Positions 7,210 through 14,750 of a stretch of DNA of 37,895 bases are shown piece by piece; position 1 is the first letter of the stretch, and every line of letters begins with the position of its first letter. The notes beneath the pieces are model-generated. The model was not told where the DNA came from. It saw only the letters and a program-made list of their open reading frames with translations, and did no database searches. Source of the DNA: a virus. Taxonomy: Duplodnaviria > Caudoviricetes. The position numbers were made by a program, and so were the translations under genes. The DNA lies in the IMG/VR virus record IMGVR_UViG_3300048579_000033, positions 1-37,895 of that record; one strand, 5' to 3'.

Positions 7210-8802
7210 TTACGCGGCCAGCTCTAGGGTCAGTTGGTCGGGAGCGTGATCGGCGCCCGTCGCGGTGACGCCTTCGCTTTCGAGCCATTCTCGGAGGGCT
7301 GTCAGGCTCGGGAAGCCGTCGCGATCTACCTCGCGGTCATCCGAGAGCGTCAACCTTCCATCCACATTGAGAGACCAAGCATCCGCCGCCGCGCAGAAGT
7401 AGCCATTGGCTTCGGCGTAGCTCAGCTCGCAAGTCCGGTAGTCGGTCAGTCTGACCGCCTCATGAAGGCGAGCCGGATAGTTGGTCTCTGTCACGTCGCA
7501 GTAGAACCAGCGATCCGAAGCGACCATGCGCTCCATCGCGTCGGTCGAGTAGGAATAGTCCTCGCCTTCTGGCGTCGGCGCGCGCTGCTCGTTGGGGTAA
7601 TAGGCGTCGGCGCTGTCGCATCTGAAGTAGTCATCTCGGATGCAGCAGGAGCAGATCACGCGGCCATCGTATGTGGCGTAGCTATCGTCCACGTCGGTTC
7701 CTGCCCCGCAATCGTCGCACCGAAGCACGGGAGCAGAGAGCCCGTTTGTGAACCGTGTATCAATCCCGCCGTGATGATCGATAATCAGATATTCGCCATC
7801 GTCGCGAAGGCGCTCAGACACGTCCACGTAGGGCGCGACAAACCGCTCTTCATACTCGTCGACGGGAATGCGGCGTAGGCGGGCACCTTGGAAGGCGTCT
7901 TCATCCGCTGCCTTCCAGCCGTCGGCCAAAAGCGCCGCCTCCAGTCGCGGCCCGTCGCCGTACCACTTCGGGTAGAAGATTTTCTTCTCCGGCCACACGA
8001 GGCAGCGCGCGTCCGCCTTCTCGGCATCCCCAATGTAGGCAATCCCGAGATCAGGACCGGCATAGACGCGGGCGGGGTGCTCGGGACCACTAAATTCGCC
8101 GTTCCCGAAGTGCATACAGGAGCCGTTATAGGCGCCCCGGTAGACCTGTTCGATTTCGTCAGCGTCTTGAGTGACGTTGAGCTTGCGGAGTGAGTAGGCG
8201 TTCGACCACATGAGGGCCAGTTCGTGGATTTGCTCCTCGCTCAGAACGTCGGCGAAGAACTTCTTGAGGTACTTGCCGGGCTTGATCGGGGTGCGAATGT
8301 TGCGCGCCCGCTTCTCTGGCGACTGGTAGTAGGACAGGAGCCCCGGCACGGTTTCTGAAGGAGCCGGAAGGTGCTCGACCCAGCGAAGGACGTGGGCGCG
8401 GGCCCACGGCATTCGACCCCAAGGACTACGGAAGAACCCCATGAGTTCCCGCCCGTCGTAGCCCCAAGGGTCGTACGCTACGGACTGCGGGAGGAGCATG
8501 ACGTGAGCGAGGCCGGGGCGGCCTGGAGGGAAGTAGAACCGCATCGTCAGGCTCCGCTCAAGATCGTCCGGTGTGGAGCAAACGAAAACGTCCGAGTAAA
8601 TGGAGTAGTCAGCGGAGCCGATGGGACGGCGGACGACTACGAGCGCCAGCCGCTGGTCTGTCCCGGTGAAGGGGTCATGAAGCCCCTTGGTAGGTGCCGT
8701 AGCCGTCAGGGACGGAGTGAGGCGGACGACCCCTTCGGGCAGTTCAGCGCGGTCTTGCGTGGCGGCGGGCTGGTTCGCATTGGCGGAGGTGAACTCGGTC
8801 AT
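7210..8802 (-). CDS. Phage early protein with central SCM/ARCLVW/PYVD domain and C-terminal Cys-rich Zn-ribbon repeats
   Basis: 530 aa; IKPGKYL, GSCMH, ARCLVW, APYVD; CDDC, CSCC and YFRCD/WFYCD/YFC repeats. Confidence 0.8.
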   Translation of the reverse strand: MTEFTSANANQPAATQDRAELPEGVVRLTPSLTATAPTKGLHDPFTGTDQRLALVVVRRPIGSADYSIYSDVFVCSTPDDLERSLTMRFYFPPGRPGLAHVMLLPQSVAYDPWGYDGRELMGFFRSPWGRMPWARAHVLRWVEHLPAPSETVPGLLSYYQSPEKRARNIRTPIKPGKYLKKFFADVLSEEQIHELALMWSNAYSLRKLNVTQDADEIEQVYRGAYNGSCMHFGNGEFSGPEHPARVYAGPDLGIAYIGDAEKADARCLVWPEKKIFYPKWYGDGPRLEAALLADGWKAADEDAFQGARLRRIPVDEYEERFVAPYVDVSERLRDDGEYLIIDHHGGIDTRFTNGLSAPVLRCDDCGAGTDVDDSYATYDGRVICSCCIRDDYFRCDSADAYYPNEQRAPTPEGEDYSYSTDAMERMVASDRWFYCDVTETNYPARLHEAVRLTDYRTCELSYAEANGYFCAAADAWSLNVDGRLTLSDDREVDRDGFPSLTALREWLESEGVTATGADHAPDQLTLELAA

Positions 8803-8810
8803 GGCATTTT

Positions 8811-8826
8811 GTTCCGATAGTGGGAC
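8811..8826. promoter_or_regulatory. 16-bp operator-like motif, copy 2
   Basis: GTTCCGATAGTGGGAC over the RBS region of the 530-aa gene. Confidence 0.68.
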
Positions 8827-8850
8827 TAAATGGGCGCAATAAGGGCGTGA

Positions 8851-9360
8851 TTAGGCGTGGAAGACCGCCACTCCTGCCGAGACATCGACAGTGTGCATAT
8901 CCATCGCGAGGTCACGGGCGAAGCTCTCGTAATCGAAGTAGCGGCTGAGGGGGTCGTCATTGTCCCGCGTAGTCAGCATCTCGTCGGCGGCCTCGTCCGC
9001 GTAGTCGCGGAAGGCGTCGTAGATGCCGACAAATCGGCCTCGGAGGGCGTCTTCCGCCGTGCTCACATCCCCGAAGTCGTCCACGATCTTGGCGATATCT
9101 TCCGGCTCGATGTGGTCGTGTTCGTCCACCAGTTCCATGAACGCGGCGACCGCCTTCAGACCGGCGTACTCCCCGAACACTCGCGGCAAGTCCTCCATGT
9201 CGTGCATCGCCCATTCCTCCGCCAAGGGGACCGGGCTTTCCTTGAGCATTGCGGCGACTTCCAGAGCCATTTCGTCGGCGTCGGAAGTGGCGTCAATCCA
9301 GCGACCATGGAGGATGCCGGCGTTATAACTGGCGAGACAGGCAGCATAGAAGCGGGGCAT
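8851..9360 (-). CDS. ardA: ArdA antirestriction protein (DNA mimic, type I RM inhibitor)
   Basis: YAACLASYNAGILHGRWID, EEWAMHD, YFDYESFARDL; highly acidic. Confidence 0.95.
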   Translation of the reverse strand: MPRFYAACLASYNAGILHGRWIDATSDADEMALEVAAMLKESPVPLAEEWAMHDMEDLPRVFGEYAGLKAVAAFMELVDEHDHIEPEDIAKIVDDFGDVSTAEDALRGRFVGIYDAFRDYADEAADEMLTTRDNDDPLSRYFDYESFARDLAMDMHTVDVSAGVAVFHA

Positions 9361-9366
9361 TGTGTT

Positions 9367-9382
9367 GTTCCTATAATGGGTC
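9367..9382. promoter_or_regulatory. 16-bp operator-like motif, copy 3
   Basis: GTTCCTATAATGGGTC; contains the AGGA SD of ardA on the minus strand. Confidence 0.72.
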
Positions 9383-9385
9383 TAA

Positions 9386-9577
9386 TCAGGCGTAGGAAAC
9401 GGAGCCGTCGGGGCCGACGATCTGGAGCACCCAACCTTGTTGGACCTCCCGAGTGTCGGGGTCCCGGCAAACCTTGTGGAACGCCGTCGTGGCGAGCGCC
9501 CGCCCGCCGGACATGATGAAGTCGGCAGCGGCTTCCATAGCCCCCGCTCTAGAGATGAATAGCGTCGGTCGGCGCAT
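9386..9577 (-). CDS. Hypothetical early protein, 63 aa
   Basis: Fills the gap in the early operon; GGGGA SD. Confidence 0.65.
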   Translation of the reverse strand: MRRPTLFISRAGAMEAAADFIMSGGRALATTAFHKVCRDPDTREVQQGWVLQIVGPDGSVSYA

Positions 9578-9589
9578 CGCGTCCCCCGG

Positions 9590-10168
9590 TCACGTTGGAA
9601 TGTGGACGGCCAGCCGCTCGACGGAGAGACTGGCAGCGAGTTCAGTGGTCCCCACTTCTGGCCGGTTCCGCATCCCCGCAGAGGCAAGGATGAAGACGAA
9701 CCAGCCGCGCCATTTGGGGCCGTGAGGCTCGTACGGGACGCGGACGCCCGGATTTGCGCTAAGCCGGTGCGCCCACTGGTCCGCCCAATGGGCCACTTCG
9801 TGGGCGATGATAACGTCCGTCCATCCCCACTTGGCGAAGTAGGCGCCCGCCGCATTTGCGTTGCAGTGAGAGAGTGTTTCCTTGGTGAAAGCAGCCCGGA
9901 AGGACGAGCGCACCTTCTCTGCGTCCTCGTCGGACTTAATCAGCCCGCTTCCCCGCATGTGGCGGATGGCAGCTTTGACGCATAGCCGGGCGTAGCCCTT
10001 CGCCTCTTGCTGGTCCATCGACTTGGAGCCAGGGCGAAGATGCTTGTTCTCCCAGTTATAGCAGCGCTGCCGATTGCTATCCCGCAAGGTGCCGAGATAG
10101 CCGCCAAGGTGGGACAAAGGAGCCAGCGCGGTCCGCCGGCTGAGCCAGAACTCGGAATGAATGGTCAT
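9590..10168 (-). CDS. HExxH zinc metallohydrolase (SprT/Rv0185-like)
   Basis: RDSNRQRCYNWE, IIAHEVAH and HGPKW motifs; likely start MTIHSEF at 10168. Confidence 0.8.
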   Translation of the reverse strand: MTIHSEFWLSRRTALAPLSHLGGYLGTLRDSNRQRCYNWENKHLRPGSKSMDQQEAKGYARLCVKAAIRHMRGSGLIKSDEDAEKVRSSFRAAFTKETLSHCNANAAGAYFAKWGWTDVIIAHEVAHWADQWAHRLSANPGVRVPYEPHGPKWRGWFVFILASAGMRNRPEVGTTELAASLSVERLAVHIPT

Positions 10169-10176
10169 GTCTCGTC

Positions 10177-10365
10177 TCAACAATAAAGCGTCACGAAGTC
10201 GCCGTTTGGTGCTTCCGCGTCGATCCAGTTGTTCCGCATGGTGCGTAGGTCTGCCGACCACCCGAGAGCCTTGAAAGCTCGTTTGAGTTTGGCTGTGGAG
10301 ACCTCCCCGCAAGCCCATTTGTAGAGGTGGCTTTCGAGGTGGAGGACTTCGTCGTCCCGGCTCAT
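10177..10365 (-). CDS. Hypothetical early protein, 62 aa
   Basis: Tightly packed in the operon with protein-like composition. Confidence 0.65.
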   Translation of the reverse strand: MSRDDEVLHLESHLYKWACGEVSTAKLKRAFKALGWSADLRTMRNNWIDAEAPNGDFVTLYC

Positions 10366-10366
10366 G

Positions 10367-10480
10367 TCACCACCCCATGAAGTGGCCGACGAAGGCCCAA
10401 AAGATCGCGGCCGGCACCGTGTCGGTCACCAGCACCGCCGCACAAGACAAACCCGCAATCGCGGCAATCCAGCTTTCCAT
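10367..10480 (-). CDS. 37-aa hydrophobic peptide, probably first gene of the early operon
   Basis: MESWIAAIAGLSCAAVLVTDTVPAAIFWAFVGHFMGW; GAGG SD. Confidence 0.55.
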   Translation of the reverse strand: MESWIAAIAGLSCAAVLVTDTVPAAIFWAFVGHFMGW

Positions 10481-10676
10481 GAGAAAACCTCGTTGTATCA
10501 GAGCACGAGGAAAGCGCCGCCATACGTGGCGCCTTTCTGGTGCCCTGTCGGTCCCGCTAGGGGACACGACGAGGGCATGATTTGCTTCCGTTCTTGTCGT
10601 CGCGAGACTTCCTCGCTCCGGTCACGGTTTGCTTGACCGGTCCCGCACCTGTTTCCCTGAGGAAGCCGCTTATGTG

Positions 10677-10692
10677 GTTCCTATAGTGGGTC
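10677..10692. promoter_or_regulatory. 16-bp operator-like motif, copy 4
   Basis: GTTCCTATAGTGGGTC in the early leader. Confidence 0.72.
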
Positions 10693-10850
10693 TTTCTGTC
10701 CGCGCCGTCTTAAGGCTTGTTGCGTGGTGCGCTATCCGTGGTGCCGCCGGTCGCCGCTTGGCTTGACCTTCGGCACCCGCTAGGAGCCGCTTTCCCCGCC
10801 CTTGAGCCGCAACTGTCGCGCCGCTTGGTGCATTGGGATGCATATTCACG

Positions 10851-10877
10851 ATTTCAAAGAGCGCCGGGTCGACCCGG
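10851..10877 (-). promoter_or_regulatory. boxB-like hairpin plus boxA antitermination element
   Basis: Minus strand CCGGG-TCGA-CCCGG followed directly by CGCTCTTTGAAAT (boxA consensus GCTCTTTAACA), about 110 nt downstream of the early promoter. Confidence 0.7.
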
Positions 10878-10986
10878 ATATTCTTGCGGGCACAAGCCCC
10901 GCTGGTCCCTTTGAACTCCGCCCCGTCCGCCTTGTTGGCCCCGAGAACCCCGTTGGCCGGTGGCCGTTGCGTCGTTCGATGACCAA

Positions 10987-11016
10987 TAGATAGTCCCATT
11001 ACAGGAACGAATGCAA
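10987..11016 (-). promoter_or_regulatory. Early host-RNAP promoter with operator copy 5 (10993-11008) in its spacer
   Basis: Minus strand TTGCAT-N17-CTATCT; the spacer carries GTTCCTGTAATGGGAC; AT-rich UP-like tract upstream (11020-11080). Confidence 0.7.
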
Positions 11017-11141
11017 GTGAAAAAATGATGCTCGACCAAACTTTTTTATAAGTAGCTGTTTTATCTAGATAAAAAATTGATAGATCGGGCGAATGTCACG
11101 GCCGATTGAGCCGGTTATAGGCGTCGAATGTGGTGGTAATG

Positions 11142-11157
11142 GTGCCTGTAATGGGTC
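11142..11157. promoter_or_regulatory. 16-bp operator-like motif, copy 6
   Basis: GTGCCTGTAATGGGTC. Confidence 0.65.
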
Positions 11158-11333
11158 TGATTTGGGGGCTTGTGGGATCGGAGATCACAGATAGGGACAG
11201 ACAGACAGGGCGAGGGAAGGGCAGGGCGCGGCCCGTGTGTCCCCCGCTTGTGCCCCATAAGTGGCCGCGATAGGCGCCAGAGCATACAAAATGCCTTGTG
11301 GACCTAATCAAATCAGAAGGTTAGCGGCGATCG

Positions 11334-11357
11334 GTGACCAAGGGCGTGACCAAGGGC
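11334..11357 (+). repeat. Perfect 12-bp tandem repeat GTGACCAAGGGC x2
   Basis: Read directly from the sequence. Confidence 0.85.
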
Positions 11358-11676
11358 GCCCGAATGCGAGACAATGAACGCGCAAATGCGGGCGCGCACG
11401 GGAGAAAGCGAGGGGGCACGGGGGGTATGCGCGCTTCCACACCTGTCGAGGTCGGTGCCTCGGATTTTGGGGTCATTTTTAGATGGGTCCCCCTGCCGAG
11501 GCGTTAGCCGAGGGAGGGGGAGAGGGAGGAGGGGAGAGACGGCCACAGGTACCTGACCAGATCGGACACCAAGTATCAGGTCCCGTACCTAGCCAGATTG
11601 TACTTCACTAAACACCTCCCCCTCCATATGTCCCCCATATCCTATGTCCCACATATGATGTGAACCGGGAGTGTTC

Positions 11677-11696
11677 TCCTTAATGGAGGGGTAATT
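11677..11696 (-). promoter_or_regulatory. Phage RNA polymerase promoter (phiOR-like position)
   Basis: AATTACCCCTCCATTAAGGA; near-identical copies at 29391 and 32676; resembles the T3 promoter AATTAACCCTCACTAAAGGGA. Confidence 0.8.
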
Positions 11697-11732
11697 GCCT
11701 TGACACGGTGGAGAATACTCCTGTCACCCCGC

Positions 11733-12095
11733 CTAGCCCTGAATAGCCATGTCCGGCCCTGCTGGCCTGTTCTGCCGGTCATAGTCCGACCGCTCTGCCT
11801 TCGCGATGAGGCCCCTGAGGTTCTCCCAGCTCTTCAGCGCCTTCGCTTTGTGTTCGTCCACGTCGGCTTGCGAGCAAAAAAGGTCCCCACAGGCAGCAAA
11901 ATAAGCAGTCATGGCGCCCAACAAGTTCTCTCTGGCGGCTGCAATCTCTGGTGTGATCACAACGCGGCGAAGAGTTTCATCCAACAGTACACGCGACCTT
12001 TTCAGCCCGTGAGCGGGGCTTAGCCGGTACGGCCCGTTGATTTGCCCTTGAATGAAGTCGAAGACCTCAAGTGCGTAGAATGTCGTCTCAACCAT
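11733..12095 (-). CDS. Hypothetical moron protein, 120 aa
   Basis: GGAG SD, AT-richer than core genes, located after terminase. Confidence 0.7.
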   Translation of the reverse strand: MVETTFYALEVFDFIQGQINGPYRLSPAHGLKRSRVLLDETLRRVVITPEIAAARENLLGAMTAYFAACGDLFCSQADVDEHKAKALKSWENLRGLIAKAERSDYDRQNRPAGPDMAIQG

Positions 12096-12250
12096 TTAGT
12101 TCTCCAGCTCCGAACCCCCAGCGTTCTGTCATGTTGGGGGTCGGCGGCGCCTCTTCAAGCCGCTTAGGAGCCCGTTCATTAAGCTGCTGTTAAGTCTGTC
12201 TGCCTCCGTTAATGTGATACGCACACTCAACTAAATGGAGAGCGGAAAGA

Positions 12251-12475
12251 GTGACAGTCGAGTACTACCTAATTGCCCTGCTGCTGGGGGACGTGAGAGA
12301 CGATCGCATCACCAATCTGGGCACGTTCGCCAGCCTGAGGTCATGCGAGTATGCAGGGCGGACCCTCAAGGAGAAGTGGGACAAGTATGCGGTGAGGCTG
12401 GCCTATGAGTGCGTGTCAGCCGGGCTCCCTGATTCGGTTCTCAGGGGCCCTTCCCCTACACCGCCCTCCGAATGA
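12251..12475 (+). CDS. Small exported/membrane protein (moron)
   Basis: Hydrophobic N-terminus YYLIALLLG, F.S...C...C pattern; opposite strand to the late operon. Confidence 0.6.
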   Translation: MTVEYYLIALLLGDVRDDRITNLGTFASLRSCEYAGRTLKEKWDKYAVRLAYECVSAGLPDSVLRGPSPTPPSE

Positions 12476-14189
12476 GGCTACGGCGCTGGGGCTTGCGGTT
12501 GAGGGCGTGAGCCATGAAGATCCGCAGCTCCTCGTCTAGCGCCTTCTGACGCATCTGTTCCGCCGCTTTAGCTGTGTCTCGGGCCATGGCATCGGTCCAG
12601 TAGTGGACCGCCAGCGCCAGCGCGTCGATCCGGTCGTCCTTGATCAGGGAGCCCCGCTCGCGGGTGATGCGGGTCATCTGGTAGAACAGCCGGTAGCGGT
12701 TCTGGTGCTCCGGGAGGTAACTCTCGGTGGACTTGAAGTCCCGCTCCATCAGCCCCTTGTCCACCACGAGGCGGTGTTGGGCCAGGACGGGTTCCAGCGT
12801 GTCCACGATGCGCTGCTCCTTCTGGCCCTTCGAGCGCTCGCTATCGCTGATCTTGCAGGGGTGGATGCGGGCCATCACGGGGGCGAGGAGCTTGTTGAAC
12901 ATGCCGTCGCCGAAGTTGGGCTCGACGACCACCTCGTTCACGCCGAACATCTTGGCCCGGTTCGCCAGCATCTCAAGGACAGGCTCCGCGTAGCCTCGCG
13001 TATCGCCACCGGCATCGAGCAGGAAGAGGCGACCATTCAGGATCGCGACAATCGCCCAAGTGGTCTCGTCAGCGCCTCGGCCGGAAGGGTCGATTGCCAT
13101 GACGACGCCCGTGTACGGCTGCCAGTCGTCCTTGGAGACCATGAAGGGCTTGTACGCCCGGTCGCCGTCGAACCCGACCATCGGCACGTCGTCCACCGCA
13201 AGGGCACTATCGGAGCCCCACGCCAGCTCCACAGGGGCCATCTTGGCGTTGAGGTCCATGACGACGAGGTCGCGGAGCTTCAGCGGGTAGCGGTCAGCGT
13301 CGGCAAGCGAGGTGTCGAGCATGAACTGAAGGGCGAAGCCCGCCTGTCCGTACTCGGCCATCTTCTCGATCAGCGTCAGCTCGTTGAAGCGGCTGCACAC
13401 GGGCTTTCCGGCGAGCTGCTTGTCTCGGTCCAGATCGGCCGCCACGTAAGCCGCCAATCGGGAGCCATACCGGGCCCGCTGGGGCTCTGTCGGGTACTTG
13501 GCGGGGATGACCCTGATCTCGTAGCCGCGCTCCGGGAGGGCGTTATAGATCGACTGCTCGGTCTGCGGGGTGCCGAGGTAGATGATCTTGGAGCTGTCGA
13601 GCGGCTTCAGGATGGCCGAGAACTCCTTGGTCAGCTCCTTCAGCTTGTCGCGCATCGACTGTGTGGCGGAGTTGTTCGTGACCTCGATGTCGTCGGCAAC
13701 GATGATGTCGGCGCGGGAGCCGGTTAGCTGCCCGGTGATGCCGACGGACTTGACGGACGGCGACTGGTCGGCTCGAGCGGGCCCCACGTCGAACGCGATC
13801 TTGGACGACCGCTGCCCTTCTCGGGGGATGAGGTGCTGGAGGAATGGCACCTCATGGATGAGGCGCAGCGTGAAGGTGGAGAAGTCGTCGGCTCGGAGCT
13901 TCGAGGCCGAGACAACCATGATCTTGAGCTGGGGATTGCAATAGAGAAGCCAGCAGACGTAGGCCGCCGTGACCCACGACTTGCCGATGCCGCGAAAGGC
14001 TTCGATGACGAGCCGGGAAGGCCCGTTTTGGAGCCATTCGGCCATCACGTACTGAGATCGAGTGGGCTCCGGGAGGTTCAGGAACTTCCAGATCAGGAAG
14101 AGGAAGACCTTGAAATCGTCCTTTAGCGGGTCGCCGGATTGTCCCCCGGCAAGGGATGTGGTGGTCAGAAGTGTCTTGTCAGTGGAAAT
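12456..14189 (-). CDS. terL: Terminase large subunit (T7 gp19-like), probable ATT start
   Basis: AFRGIGKSW Walker A, GSRADIIVADDIE, IDPSGRGADET, DDRIDALA; gp19-like N-terminal segment LKDDFKVFLFLIWKFLNLPEPT lies upstream of the called GTG. Confidence 0.95.
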   Translation of the reverse strand: MSTDKTLLTTTSLAGGQSGDPLKDDFKVFLFLIWKFLNLPEPTRSQYVMAEWLQNGPSRLVIEAFRGIGKSWVTAAYVCWLLYCNPQLKIMVVSASKLRADDFSTFTLRLIHEVPFLQHLIPREGQRSSKIAFDVGPARADQSPSVKSVGITGQLTGSRADIIVADDIEVTNNSATQSMRDKLKELTKEFSAILKPLDSSKIIYLGTPQTEQSIYNALPERGYEIRVIPAKYPTEPQRARYGSRLAAYVAADLDRDKQLAGKPVCSRFNELTLIEKMAEYGQAGFALQFMLDTSLADADRYPLKLRDLVVMDLNAKMAPVELAWGSDSALAVDDVPMVGFDGDRAYKPFMVSKDDWQPYTGVVMAIDPSGRGADETTWAIVAILNGRLFLLDAGGDTRGYAEPVLEMLANRAKMFGVNEVVVEPNFGDGMFNKLLAPVMARIHPCKISDSERSKGQKEQRIVDTLEPVLAQHRLVVDKGLMERDFKSTESYLPEHQNRYRLFYQMTRITRERGSLIKDDRIDALALAVHYWTDAMARDTAKAAEQMRQKALDEELRIFMAHALNRKPQRRSLIRRAV

Positions 14190-14225
14190 GGGTGCTCCTT
14201 TCGCGTTGGCAGGTCGCCAGAACGC

Positions 14226-14260
14226 AAAAAGGGCCCCGATAGGCGAACCTACCGGGACCC
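14226..14260 (-). terminator. Intrinsic terminator between terS and terL
   Basis: GGGTCCCGGTAGG-TTCG-CCTATCGGGGCCC-TTTTT. Confidence 0.8.
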
Positions 14261-14290
14261 TAGGGTGGCGCTGGAAGGCGCGCTGCGGGG

Positions 14291-14527
14291 TTAGTTGGGG
14301 TGGTAGTTCTTGATGCTGGCCTGAGCCGCCTGGACGAGTGCGTCGAAGGCGTTCTCGGCGCCCTCACGGTCGCTGGCGAGGCCGTCAATGCCATTGTCCT
14401 TGAGGAACTTGACGATCACGGCCCAATCCTTGGCCTCACATGCGCCGGACTGAAGCCGGTCGAGCATGTCTTGAGCAATGAGGCCGTGGAGCTGTTCGAG
14501 GAGGTCCTGTGTGGCCCTCTTAGTCAT
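14291..14527 (-). CDS. terS: Terminase small subunit (T7 gp18-like)
   Basis: LEQLHGLIAQDML...IVKFLKDNGI motif; position upstream of terL. Confidence 0.88.
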   Translation of the reverse strand: MTKRATQDLLEQLHGLIAQDMLDRLQSGACEAKDWAVIVKFLKDNGIDGLASDREGAENAFDALVQAAQASIKNYHPN

Positions 14528-14750
14528 TGCGATCCTTGCGATTTCGGTAGAGGATTTCGGAGATTTTCGCCCAAATCTGAACGAGCAGCCAAAGGGCGCC
14601 GAGGATTGGAGCGAGCGTGGCAGCGATCTGGGACGCGGTTTGCAGCCACGGAAGCCAGACGGGGCTTGCCACAGCGGAGGCCGCTACGGCAGTCGTGGCG
14701 TTGTCCAAAAGGTTGTTTCCTGTCGTTGAGGGAAGTGAGGGCCCGATCAT
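14520..14750 (-). CDS. Holin-like membrane protein (T7 gp17.5 position)
   Basis: 76 aa, one or two TM segments (ILGALWLLVQIW), basic C-terminus, GGAGG SD, between fibre and terS. Confidence 0.7.
   Translation of the reverse strand: MIGPSLPSTTGNNLLDNATTAVAASAVASPVWLPWLQTASQIAATLAPILGALWLLVQIWAKISEILYRNRKDRND

Larger units (their letters stand above)
11050..11700. other. Non-coding region corresponding to the fused virion genome ends (terminal repeat/packaging region)
   Basis: Lies between the terminase end of the late region and the early promoter, lacks a credible ORF, and contains short repeats and a phage promoter pointing into it. Confidence 0.6.

Noticed and set aside
10670-10999. 109-aa ORF in the early leader
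   Set aside because: Starts inside the promoter spacer, has no SD, and overlaps boxA and operator elements.
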